NCBI GenBank assembly: GCA_001897305.1
Contig: MKSO01000001.1
Span: forward strand, 840,001-872,000
Length of the DNA stretch: 32,000 bases
Reading direction: 5' to 3'
Source: Candidatus Saccharimonadota bacterium
Lineage (GTDB): Bacteria; Patescibacteriota; Saccharimonadia; Saccharimonadales; Saccharimonadaceae
The position numbers and the translations under genes are program-made. Shown here in pieces: positions 1 to 7,889 of the stretch; the first letter of the stretch is position 1; each line of letters begins with the position of its first letter. The notes below the pieces were generated by a model. It was not told the origin of the DNA and did no database searches. It saw nothing but the letters and a program-made list of their open reading frames with translations.

Positions 1-265
1 GGGATTCTTTCATGCCCTCAATGCCGCCTTTGCGTGGGTTGCGAATATCCGACTCGTAGTCAAACACGTCATTCACGCCATACATTAAAAGATTATACGG
101 ACCAATAAAATACAACGTGCCGACAACCAGCGTAGCAATATCTAACGATGACAGTGGCCAAACACTTGCTAACAAAAAGCCAACTAAAAACGGATAACTC
201 GTATTAGGCCATGAAATAGGGCGCGATACCCAAAAAAGTTTTTTTACCGTTTCGAATAGCTTCAT
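1..265 (-). CDS. crtEb: UbiA-family prenyltransferase, lycopene elongase (CrtEb)-like; 5' part only, continues beyond the window start
   Basis: Not in the ORF track because it is open at the window edge. My translation from ATG 265..263 gives MKLFETVKKLFWVSRPISWPNTSYPFLVGFLL...LMYGVNDVFDYESDIRNPRKGGIEGMKES. SRPISW.NT.YPF and NDVFDYESD.RNPRKGG match the N-terminal signatures I recall from Corynebacterium CrtEb. The start overlaps the stop of the upstream cyclase gene (TAATG). Confidence 0.75.
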   Translation of the reverse strand, partial: MKLFETVKKLFWVSRPISWPNTSYPFLVGFLLASVWPLSSLDIATLVVGTLYFIGPYNLLMYGVNDVFDYESDIRNPRKGGIEGMKES

Positions 266-573
266 TAGTCCTCATCCCCCTGCTTAGCACTCGACCCTAC
301 TCTTTTCCATAACACAGGCACGATAATGACTGCCAAAATAGCATAGAAGAAATCTTCAATCGGCGCCTTGCCAAGGTAGATACCAAGCAGTTTCGCTGGG
401 TCGTACCCGACAATACCGGCGATAATAATGACGTTATCAAATACTAAGGTCAGACCCAAAAGAATAACTAGTGTTATATACCACGCCTTTGAAGGTTTCC
501 TGTAGGTTTGCACCAGCAAAAAGACGATAATCGCCAAAAAAACGACGTTAAGAATTAGATACGTGAACGCCAT
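265..573 (-). CDS. Lycopene-cyclase-domain small subunit (second half of a heterodimeric carotenoid cyclase, CrtYf/CrtYd/CrtYh class)
   Basis: 102 aa with 3 predicted TM helices and a PIEDFFY (PxE[ED]) motif typical of the lycopene cyclase domain. It lies between the other small subunit and the prenyltransferase and overlaps its upstream partner by 19 nt. Confidence 0.75.
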   Translation of the reverse strand: MAFTYLILNVVFLAIIVFLLVQTYRKPSKAWYITLVILLGLTLVFDNVIIIAGIVGYDPAKLLGIYLGKAPIEDFFYAILAVIIVPVLWKRVGSSAKQGDED

Positions 574-869
574 TTTGAAACTCCGTTATAAATAACCAGC
601 GTACTGTAGCAAAGTAAGAATAAGAAGAATAATTCTTCAAGTGGAAATTCTGGTGCAATTGTAAAAGGCAGACTATAGTTACTGCCGCCATGGAAAAAAA
701 TACCTAAAAAGATGCCAAAGAAATCCCACAAAATAAAAATGAGGACTGCCAGTAACAGTGTCACGCCAGTGCGTCGAGCATCTTTCCAAAAAGCTAGCTT
801 ATGGCGCCAGTCAATAATTGCCATGCCTGTAATGCTGATCAACAGCCCAAGTAAATAGAACCACTGCAT
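555..869 (-). CDS. Lycopene-cyclase-domain small subunit (first half of a heterodimeric carotenoid cyclase, CrtYe/CrtYc/CrtYg class)
   Basis: 104 aa hydrophobic protein with a PLEELFF motif. Its start overlaps the crtI stop (TGATG). Confidence 0.75.
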   Translation of the reverse strand: MQWFYLLGLLISITGMAIIDWRHKLAFWKDARRTGVTLLLAVLIFILWDFFGIFLGIFFHGGSNYSLPFTIAPEFPLEELFFLFLLCYSTLVIYNGVSKWRSRI

Positions 870-2347
870 CAGCCGACAATCCTTTTATGCACCAATTCGG
901 CACTAATAAGGCACATCGGCACACCAATACCCGGTACTGTACTAGCGCCGACGTAATAAAGGTTGGAAACCTTTTTGCTTTTGTTTGGCGTGCGGAAAAA
1001 AGCACTCTGCGTTAGCCTATGCGAAGGCCCCAACATTGTAGATTGCCACGCATTATATTTTGACGAAAAATCACCCGGGCCAAATAACGTTCGAGTTATA
1101 GTACGGCCCTTAAGGTCGACGCCAGTTGTTTGATGAATTTGTTCTATGTAAGTATCGGCTAACTTCTCCAAAGCAGTTGGAGAGATGGTTTTACCGGCCG
1201 GTAATGGCACTAGCACAAAGATATTTTCATCACCCTTTGGCGCGGTGGCATCAGACTGGCTAGTCTTCGAGATATACAGCGATGCTGGGTTTGGAATAGC
1301 TTTCTTGGCAAAAATGTTATGGAAGTTTTCTTTCCAGTTTTCGGTAAATAGCAAGGTATGGTGCTCAAATTCTGGCACCTTGCCTTTAATGCCTAGGTAC
1401 ATCAAAAGGGCGCTGGGGCTGGGTTCGCGCTTATCCCAATAGGCCATAGGGTAGGTTTGCTCACTTGGTTTTAAAAGTTTCGTTTCGGTAAAGTGAAGGT
1501 CGGCGTTAGAAATTACAATATCCGCTTCAATTTTTTCGCCAGACTCAAGCAAGATACCTTTTGCTCTCCCCTCTTTGGTGATAATGCGCTTTACACCAGC
1601 GTTCGCGTGGTAATGAACACCCGCTTTTTTGCCAATCTTTACCAACGATTCTACCACAGCGTACATTGTACCCTTTGGGTAATACACCCCTTCATCAAAA
1701 TCAAGCGCGCTCATCAGGCTATAGAGAGCCGGCGCCGAGTAGGGTGAACTTCCCAGAAAAACCGTTGGATACTCAAGAATTTGCTGTAAGCGCGGATGCT
1801 GGATATATTTTTTGACGTAGTGATGTAGTGGTGTAGTGGCAAGAACTACCATTGAGCCAAGGTTTTTCACGACATCCTTGTGGAGCAACTGCCGAGTGGA
1901 ATCAAAGTTTGTATACAAAAAATGACGCAACGCCAATTGGTATATTTCCCGACTGCGATCAACATACTGAATGAGTTTTTGGCCAGCGCCCGGCTCAAGT
2001 TTGTCGAAGGTTTTCATATCGCGCTTTCGATCACCAAAAATAGTCAACGCCTCATCACCCGAATAAATTTTATAAGCCGGTTTCAATTTGATAAGGTCTA
2101 ATTCTTTTTTAGTTGAAGTCCCAAGAAGGTTATAATACCGCTCGAACACCTCGGCCATAAGGTACCACGATGGCCCAGTATCAAACGTGAAACCTTTTTT
2201 AGTAAACTGCCCAGCCCGACCACCAAGTTGCTTATTTTTTTCATATACGTGCACCTCATAGCCACTTTGTGCCAACAAATTAGCCGTCGCTAAACCACCA
2301 ATACCAGCCCCAATAATGACTACTTTTTTAGAATTATCACGACTCAT
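869..2347 (-). CDS. crtI: Phytoene desaturase
   Basis: 492 aa. N-terminal FAD fold VVIIGAGIGGLATA...YEKN..LGGRAG, followed by FTFDTGPSWYLM as in CrtI-type desaturases. ATGA overlap with the crtB stop. Confidence 0.9.
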   Translation of the reverse strand: MSRDNSKKVVIIGAGIGGLATANLLAQSGYEVHVYEKNKQLGGRAGQFTKKGFTFDTGPSWYLMAEVFERYYNLLGTSTKKELDLIKLKPAYKIYSGDEALTIFGDRKRDMKTFDKLEPGAGQKLIQYVDRSREIYQLALRHFLYTNFDSTRQLLHKDVVKNLGSMVVLATTPLHHYVKKYIQHPRLQQILEYPTVFLGSSPYSAPALYSLMSALDFDEGVYYPKGTMYAVVESLVKIGKKAGVHYHANAGVKRIITKEGRAKGILLESGEKIEADIVISNADLHFTETKLLKPSEQTYPMAYWDKREPSPSALLMYLGIKGKVPEFEHHTLLFTENWKENFHNIFAKKAIPNPASLYISKTSQSDATAPKGDENIFVLVPLPAGKTISPTALEKLADTYIEQIHQTTGVDLKGRTITRTLFGPGDFSSKYNAWQSTMLGPSHRLTQSAFFRTPNKSKKVSNLYYVGASTVPGIGVPMCLISAELVHKRIVG

Positions 2348-3159
2348 GCGGCCACCTTTTTAACATAGAGCGCCGCTTTTCGTGCTGCCGAAACACGTAG
2401 CCTCCGTTGCTTAATAGTATCCACTGACGCGCGGTCTAATATACGCAGTAGCTCCGAGTAGTAACTATAGCTCAATCGGACCGCCTTTCGGGCGGTCTTA
2501 GGAAGCTGGCTTAAGTACTGACGTGCCGTTTCAAAATCGTGTCGAATATCAGTAACGATCGCTTGTTTTTGAGTATCGCTAAACGCATCGTACGTAACAG
2601 TAGGAAAATACACCCGTCCCCTATCACTAAAGTCACTAGCCATATCACGCAGAAAATTCACTTTTTGATAAGCAGAACCAAGTGCTCTAGCACCCACTTC
2701 TAGTTTTTTATAGGCATGATCGTTGCCCTCGACAAATACTCGCAGGCACATTAAGCCAATCACTTCGGCCGACCCGTAAATATAGCGCTCGTACTCTTTT
2801 TGATTGAACCGCTTTTTCTTCAAATCCATACGCATACTTTCAAAAAAAGGAGCTATTATACTTTTATTAATGCCGTATTTTGCAGCTGTATGCGCGAAGG
2901 CATGCACAATTGGATTGGTGCTGTACTGCAGCTGTATAGCCGCATATGTTTCTTGCTCGAGCGCATCAAGAAGCGTTGCAGTTTTCTTACCCTGGTAGGT
3001 ATCAACAATTTCGTCAGCAATACGCACCAGACCATAAATAGCAAAAATGTGTGGGCGAATCCGAGTAGCAAATAGTTCGCTACTTTTGCTAAAAGAGGTT
3101 GAATAGCGCATCGTTAGTTGACGGCTAAGCTGGTAGCTCGTCGAGGTATACAATTCCAT
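2344..3159 (-). CDS. crtB: Phytoene synthase
   Basis: 271 aa squalene/phytoene synthase family protein. Asp-rich motifs are IADEIVDT and LRDMASDFSD. The start lies 2 nt after the crtE stop. Confidence 0.9.
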   Translation of the reverse strand: MELYTSTSYQLSRQLTMRYSTSFSKSSELFATRIRPHIFAIYGLVRIADEIVDTYQGKKTATLLDALEQETYAAIQLQYSTNPIVHAFAHTAAKYGINKSIIAPFFESMRMDLKKKRFNQKEYERYIYGSAEVIGLMCLRVFVEGNDHAYKKLEVGARALGSAYQKVNFLRDMASDFSDRGRVYFPTVTYDAFSDTQKQAIVTDIRHDFETARQYLSQLPKTARKAVRLSYSYYSELLRILDRASVDTIKQRRLRVSAARKAALYVKKVAA

Positions 3160-3161
3160 GG

Positions 3162-4265
3162 CTACCCCTCCCTCTGTAAGCAGTGGTCAACTAAGGCGTA
3201 GAAGGTCTGTTTGTCGCTTTCCGTAAGGCATAGTGTTTCAATAAGCCCTGTAGTATCATCCACCAAATGAGCAATTTCTGTTTCTACGGCCGCCTTAGCA
3301 CCAGAGGCGATGAGTAACTTTCGCGCGTGAGCAATATCGCGTTCCGAAGCGTGGATATTGTGAAAGACTTTAAAGAATTCTTCGTGCTGCTGGGACGAAG
3401 CACACTGTTCAAACTGCTCCACCAAATACGTGCGCTTTCCTTCGGTAATGTCCGAAGATACACTTTTACCCGTCTTTTCCTCACTGCCAAAAACACCTAA
3501 TAAGTCATCGCGTAGTTGGTACCCTACGCCAAGCCGTTCGGCTATTGCTTGCAGTATTTTAACCTCTTCTTTTGATGCGCCGGCTAAAACCGCTCCCATA
3601 GTAATAGGGCCGACAAACGAGTAGCTAGCTGTTTTATGAAGCGCAATACTTTTGGCGCTAATGAGCGGGTCTTGAATAAAAGCCGCCTCGGTGTCTAATA
3701 ATTCGCCGCCAATTACCTCAAATACGGCCCGGGACATAATCTCGGTTGCTTCAGCTACCAGCTGCTTTGACACATCGACCCGACCCATAAGCCGGTAGGC
3801 ATCAGATAGTAAAATATCACCAGCCAACATGGCCGCACTGCGGGCCATATGAGTTTTTTCCGATGCGTCATCAATAAACGAAGTGTAGAAATCTTCGTAT
3901 TGTCCCATAACATTGCGTACACCATACCGAGTTAAATCACGATCAATAATGTCGTCGTGTACCAGCATGGCAAAATGAATCAGTTCTTGAGCAAGTGCTG
4001 CAGAAAGTACTGTTTCGTTATTACCATCCTTGGCGTAGGCCTGGTACACGGTCAGTAGAATATAGGGTCGAAACCTTTTACCACCCGCAAGCAGAAGTTT
4101 TGTTATAAAGTGCCACAGCGTTACATAGCCGCTACCATGGTTAGCCGCTTCTGCAGTGCGCTCGAGACAATATGCTTCCAGGCGAGCGTTGATGAGGTCT
4201 CTCGTTTTCCTAAGATCAGTCGCGAAAGCTACAGGAGTCATATCTGATACTATAGCACGGAACAC
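3162..4265 (-). CDS. crtE: Polyprenyl (geranylgeranyl) diphosphate synthase, actinobacterial IdsA/CrtE type
   Basis: First Asp-rich motif is LVHDDIIDRD. Second motif is QLRDDLLGVFG...TGK...DITEGKRT. The track ORF starts at GTG 4265. ATG 4241 (MTPVAFA...) sits 7 nt after a TATAGT box and is the more likely, leaderless, start. Confidence 0.85.
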   Translation of the reverse strand: MFRAIVSDMTPVAFATDLRKTRDLINARLEAYCLERTAEAANHGSGYVTLWHFITKLLLAGGKRFRPYILLTVYQAYAKDGNNETVLSAALAQELIHFAMLVHDDIIDRDLTRYGVRNVMGQYEDFYTSFIDDASEKTHMARSAAMLAGDILLSDAYRLMGRVDVSKQLVAEATEIMSRAVFEVIGGELLDTEAAFIQDPLISAKSIALHKTASYSFVGPITMGAVLAGASKEEVKILQAIAERLGVGYQLRDDLLGVFGSEEKTGKSVSSDITEGKRTYLVEQFEQCASSQQHEEFFKVFHNIHASERDIAHARKLLIASGAKAAVETEIAHLVDDTTGLIETLCLTESDKQTFYALVDHCLQREG

Positions 4266-4279
4266 ACTCTACTTGTCAC
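4249..4279 (-). promoter_or_regulatory. Putative promoter of the carotenoid operon (leaderless type)
   Basis: On the minus strand: GTGACA, a 19 nt spacer, TATAGT, then 7 nt (atcagat), then ATG 4241. The -35 spacing is long, so confidence is modest. Confidence 0.4.
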
Positions 4280-4324
4280 GAATGGCAGCTTTGAACATGA
4301 GCCTCATTCGTCGGCTGCTGCTAT

Positions 4325-4353
4325 TTGCATATTTTACACATAAGTGGTATTAT
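4325..4353 (+). promoter_or_regulatory. Sigma-70-type promoter for the small membrane protein gene
   Basis: TTGCAT (4325-4330), a 17 nt spacer, then TATTAT (4348-4353). A GAGGAG Shine-Dalgarno lies 8 nt before ATG 4387. Confidence 0.55.
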
Positions 4354-4386
4354 TGCCTCACGATAACCTTAGTGAGGAGTTTTGCT

Positions 4387-4713
4387 ATGAGCAATATCAC
4401 TGTGACACGTGTGGGCGTTCTATCAATCGGTAAACTTATTGGTACCGTTAACCTAATTATTGGTTTGGCCGTTGGCCTTATCACCGCCATCGCTGGGACA
4501 ATCTCGTACCTTACAAATACCACGCCAACAGTTGTTGATGGCCTCCTCGCTTCATTAGCGATCATCCTCTCAGCAGTTATTCTTTACCCGCTCGTCATGT
4601 TTGCTTTTGGCTGGCTTTACGGCGTACTCGTCGCCTTCATCTTCAACGTTGTGGTTGGCGTTAGCGGAGGTGTTGACCTTACGGTTAAGGAAGAATCTCC
4701 TCGTAGGAAGTAG
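4387..4713 (+). CDS. Small membrane protein (108 aa, 2-3 TM helices), function unknown
   Basis: This is the internal start of track ORF 4156..4713. The upstream part of that ORF is antisense to crtE. ATG 4387 has a GAGGAG SD. The sequence is hydrophobic and Gly/Ile/Val-rich. Confidence 0.65.
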   Translation: MSNITVTRVGVLSIGKLIGTVNLIIGLAVGLITAIAGTISYLTNTTPTVVDGLLASLAIILSAVILYPLVMFAFGWLYGVLVAFIFNVVVGVSGGVDLTVKEESPRRK

Positions 4714-4727
4714 CCTTTCATCTCATA

Positions 4728-4761
4728 CAAAAAGAACCGCCATGATTGCGGTTCTTTTTTT
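4728..4761. terminator. Bidirectional rho-independent terminator
   Basis: AAAGAACCGC catgatt GCGGTTCTTT forms a 10 bp stem. It is flanked by an A-tract on the left and a T-tract on the right, between convergent genes. Confidence 0.8.
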
Positions 4762-5350
4762 ATTCATCGTCACCCTCTTCAATCGGGTCATTACTTGCCG
4801 CTCGCTGCCAATCGGGATATATTTTTCGACCAGACATTATCACTTTAATTTTCCCGGAATCTGTCTTTTCTCCATGGAAAATGGGCTTATCAACAGGCGC
4901 AGTTGGTATGGTTTGTCCACGTTCGCCATATGCTTCGGGGTTGTATCGATTGCATAGAGTTTTGTACCCCTCACGAGTAAGTTCCAGTAACCCCAAATTA
5001 TACACACTATCAGGTTTATTGAGCGCATTCATGATATCGCTCCCAAAATAGTGGCCTATATCATCGCGGGGCGTGCGATGTGCTGATATATCCGTTCTAA
5101 TTGCTATGATATCGTTATCGAACTCCTCAAAACGCACGCCGTATTTCCGGGCGATTTCTAGCTGAGCTTCGGTTAAAGACTTTATCCTCTGTTCTTTCGC
5201 CTCGAGCAAATCAACAGTACGAGCAGCAGCTTCACCGATCGTCTCGGCTATGGCATCTGGTATTTTTACGACAGGCCAATCAAGAACCGGTTCACTTTGA
5301 AGTGGAGGATTGACCCGGTTTTCTAGAAAATCCTCAGCAATACGAGACAT
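4760..5350 (-). CDS. Hypothetical cytoplasmic protein (196 aa, acidic C-terminus), last gene of the ABC-2 operon
   Basis: The start MSRIAEDF... at ATG 5350 lies 1 nt after the permease stop. The longer track ORF (to 5410) overlaps the permease. I recognise no domain. Confidence 0.6.
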   Translation of the reverse strand: MSRIAEDFLENRVNPPLQSEPVLDWPVVKIPDAIAETIGEAAARTVDLLEAKEQRIKSLTEAQLEIARKYGVRFEEFDNDIIAIRTDISAHRTPRDDIGHYFGSDIMNALNKPDSVYNLGLLELTREGYKTLCNRYNPEAYGERGQTIPTAPVDKPIFHGEKTDSGKIKVIMSGRKIYPDWQRAASNDPIEEGDDE

Positions 5351-5351
5351 A

Positions 5352-6473
5352 CTACTCCCAGCGGAATACCTTAAAAGCAATAATATAGATAATAACCATC
5401 CAACCGGCAACCAAACCTACTTGTGGCAGAATGTTAATAAGGTGCGCACCTTCAGTCGTAATAAGGCGGATACCATCAATAACCGGCGTCAGCGGCAAGA
5501 AAGCAGAAATATTTTGCAACCATTCCGGCATCAGGAAGCGAGGGAAGAAAGTACCTGAAAGGAACATCATTGGGAAGACGACAATATTAGCTAGCGGCGC
5601 TACTTGTCGCTCATTCTTAGCCCATCCACCAAGCGCCAAACCAATACCCAGAATCATGGCGATACTAAAGATAATAAAGACGGCAAGCTCCAGCCAGTTC
5701 CCCACCACCTCGAGGTGGAATACAAGAATAGCAATAACGAACATAATGGCAATGGAAAGCAGGCCAATAACCGCTTGCCCAATCATGGTAGAAACGAAGT
5801 ACTGCCACACCCTTAGTGGTGTTGTGCTAAGACGACGCAAAATACCCATTTTCTTTAGCTCGGGGAAAACATTAATAGGCCCGAAAATGCCCATACCAAT
5901 AATAGCAAAGCCAAGTAGGCCAGCGAAGGTGTAGTCGAAGGCCGATAGGCTATTCTCGTTGAGCTGCTCGCTCTTAACGGTGAAAGGACTCACCGTCGGT
6001 ACAAGGCCTTGATTAATTTGCTGGAATTGGCTTTGTAACACAGAGGTCAAAGCAGCGCCAGATGATTGGTTGTTTTGAGTGTAGACAACCTGCGCCTGGC
6101 CACTTGGGTATGTATTATTGCCTTGTACTTTTCCAAAATCGTCGGGCAATATAATGGCAGCGTCTAGCTCGGAGCGGCTCATCCTATCTTTAGCGTCATC
6201 AAGGCTAGTTACCTCTTTATTTACCTTGATAGTTTTACTCTCTTGAAGGTTCTTCGTAAATTCTTTCGAAAACTCCGATGAAGAGTTGTTAATAAGGGCA
6301 ACATTGAACGATACACTGGAGTTGTTACTATTAAGACTTCCGAAGACGAATAAGAAAATAAGCGGGAAGCCAATTGTAAAGAAGATTGCCGTACGGTCTC
6401 GGAAGAAGCGCTTGGTGTTGATGCGAACAAATGTCCAGACAGTAAACCAACTTTTTTGCCAATCGCTCTTCAT
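5352..6473 (-). CDS. ABC-2-type transporter permease
   Basis: 373 aa with an N-terminal TM helix, a roughly 150 aa extracytoplasmic loop and 5 C-terminal TM helices (ABC2_membrane_3 architecture). TAATG overlap with the ATPase gene. Confidence 0.85.
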   Translation of the reverse strand: MKSDWQKSWFTVWTFVRINTKRFFRDRTAIFFTIGFPLIFLFVFGSLNSNNSSVSFNVALINNSSSEFSKEFTKNLQESKTIKVNKEVTSLDDAKDRMSRSELDAAIILPDDFGKVQGNNTYPSGQAQVVYTQNNQSSGAALTSVLQSQFQQINQGLVPTVSPFTVKSEQLNENSLSAFDYTFAGLLGFAIIGMGIFGPINVFPELKKMGILRRLSTTPLRVWQYFVSTMIGQAVIGLLSIAIMFVIAILVFHLEVVGNWLELAVFIIFSIAMILGIGLALGGWAKNERQVAPLANIVVFPMMFLSGTFFPRFLMPEWLQNISAFLPLTPVIDGIRLITTEGAHLINILPQVGLVAGWMVIIYIIAFKVFRWE

Positions 6474-7234
6474 TATGAACCATCCCTTAGCGCCTTACCT
6501 GTAAGGTCGATGAAAACATCCTCAAGGCTAGCTTGCTGCACTTCTTGCTTCTTCTTAAAACCACGGTCCAACAACTGCTGAATAAGATTGCGTGGAGTAT
6601 CAATGGCGACAATCTTACCGTTATCCATAACAGCAATGCGGTCACACAAAACTTCTGCTTCGTCCATATAGTGGGTGGTGAGAATGACACTAATACCCTT
6701 ATCGCGCACTTGTTCGATAAGGTCCCAGAGGTTGCGGCGAGCCTGCGGGTCAAGCCCTGTTGTTGGCTCGTCGAGGAAGAACACTTTAGGCCCGTGTACG
6801 AGCGCTGTCGTAATACTTAGGCGCTGTTTTTGACCACCAGAAAGATCTTCGACATAGTTTTTGGCTTTCTCTTCAAGGTTAACGTCGCGCAAGAATTCCA
6901 TAGGGTCGACTTTTTCGCCATACGCAGCAGCAAATAATTCGATCACTTCTGTAAGGCGTGTTTTATCTTGAAAGGCCGGCGACTGGGGTTGTACACCGAT
7001 AAGGTATTTTACTTTTTGAGGATGTTTCGCCACATCAATACCATCAATTTTTACCGAGCCGCCATCGATAGGACGAAGCGTCTCCATCATCTCCAGCGTC
7101 GTGGTCTTACCGGCACCATTAGGCCCAAGGATACCGAATATTTCACCCTTCTTAACAGTAAAACTAACGCCATCAACAGCTTGCTTGTCGCCGTAGCGTT
7201 TCTTTAAGTTCTTCACTTCTACCATGTGAGTCAT
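6473..7234 (-). CDS. ABC transporter ATP-binding protein
   Basis: Walker A GPNGAGKTT, signature LSGGQKQRL, Walker B VFFLDEPTTGLD. Confidence 0.92.
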   Translation of the reverse strand: MTHMVEVKNLKKRYGDKQAVDGVSFTVKKGEIFGILGPNGAGKTTTLEMMETLRPIDGGSVKIDGIDVAKHPQKVKYLIGVQPQSPAFQDKTRLTEVIELFAAAYGEKVDPMEFLRDVNLEEKAKNYVEDLSGGQKQRLSITTALVHGPKVFFLDEPTTGLDPQARRNLWDLIEQVRDKGISVILTTHYMDEAEVLCDRIAVMDNGKIVAIDTPRNLIQQLLDRGFKKKQEVQQASLEDVFIDLTGKALRDGS

Positions 7235-7284
7235 ATGGCCTTATTGTATCTCTGTACCGTCTCAAGAACAAGCATTATTTGAAA

Positions 7285-7300
7285 ACGCTATATATAGTGT
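7285..7300. promoter_or_regulatory. Candidate NrdR box (16 bp palindrome)
   Basis: ACGCTATATATAGTGT matches 15 of 16 positions of the NrdR-box consensus acaCwAtATaTwGtgt as I recall it. It lies in the divergent region between the ABC operon and nrdH. Confidence 0.35.
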
Positions 7301-7523
7301 GTCATAAAGTATTTTTTACACCAAAAAAGCACTAGCATAAAGCATAAAACGGGCATACACTGTAGATAGATTCGCTTTACTGGAAAAGTAGAGTACACCC
7401 CCTTTGTGGGGTAGTATTCCTTGCGCCAAAAGCTAATCGCTCTTGGACATGGAACCCTTCTGCTCGCCGCCTGGCACACACCCATCTAGCCGCTGGCTAG
7501 AACACACCGAAGGAGAAACAATC

Positions 7524-7763
7524 ATGGCAATCACGGTCTATAGCAAGCCACACTGCCCGAAGTGCGACAAGACCTACAGGGCGCTCGACGCTCGGGGCAT
7601 CGACTACGAAGTGGTGAACGTACTCACCGACGCCAAGGCGCTTGAGTACGTCACGAAGACCCTCGGCTACCTAGAGGCACCGGTCGTCGTAACCGACGAA
7701 AATCACTGGTCGGGTTATGATGAAGGCAAGATCGACGAGCTGGCCAGTCGTCTGGCCGCGTAG
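7524..7763 (+). CDS. nrdH: NrdH-type glutaredoxin-like protein
   Basis: 79 aa: MAITVYSKPHCPKCDKT... with a CPKC redox motif and a WSGYDEGKI motif (NrdH WSGFRP-like). An AAGGAG SD lies 8 nt upstream. The N-terminal extension of the track ORF is not supported. Confidence 0.85.
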   Translation: MAITVYSKPHCPKCDKTYRALDARGIDYEVVNVLTDAKALEYVTKTLGYLEAPVVVTDENHWSGYDEGKIDELASRLAA

Positions 7764-7864
7764 TCGCTGACCAACCGCCCCTTCCATGGAGCTCAAGAGC
7801 ACAGCCTCGTCGGATGTATCCGCCGGGGCTGCTCTCATGTTGAAATAAAACTGTAGTAACAAAA

Positions 7865-7889
7865 AACACCCCCGGGGAAGGGGGGTGTT
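7865..7889 (-). terminator. Rho-independent terminator of the minus-strand small-protein operon; may also stop nrdH
   Basis: AACACCCCC ggggaag GGGGGTGTT forms a 9 bp GC-rich stem. On the minus strand it is followed by TTTTTT (7861-7866). Confidence 0.7.

Noticed and set aside
232-245. An A6/T7 homopolymer pair near the 5' end of the prenyltransferase gene looked like a frameshift site that would truncate the gene after 20 codons.
   Set aside because: A careful recount (6 A then g then 7 T on the plus strand) keeps the CrtEb-like frame open from ATG 265 to the window edge. The apparent frameshift was my own miscount.
811-2101. Track ORFs 811..1005, 1185..1442, 1493..1747 and 1880..2101 lie inside or antisense to crtI.
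   Set aside because: They overlap a well-supported CrtI frame. They have no motifs or RBS and low-complexity translations typical of antisense frames.
4156-4386. N-terminal 77 aa extension of the small membrane protein ORF (185 aa version).
   Set aside because: It is antisense to the crtE 5' end. A promoter and a GAGGAG SD sit immediately before the internal ATG 4387.
5431-5934. A 167 aa plus-strand ORF.
   Set aside because: It is fully antisense to the ABC-2 permease. Its Arg/Pro/Ser-rich translation has no domain features.
7318-7372. Possible second NrdR boxes: ACACCAAAAAAGCACT at 7318-7333 and ACACTGTAGATAGATT at 7357-7372.
   Set aside because: They match only 8/16 and about 12/16 positions. 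The right half-sites are poor, and the spacing of the better one (72 bp centre to centre) is not the usual 31-32 bp.
7486-7500. The CTAGCC-gct-GGCTAG palindrome 23 nt upstream of nrdH, considered as a terminator or riboswitch.
   Set aside because: The stem is only 6 bp with no T-run and no extended conserved structure. At most it is an operator or 5' UTR hairpin, and it cannot be supported further.
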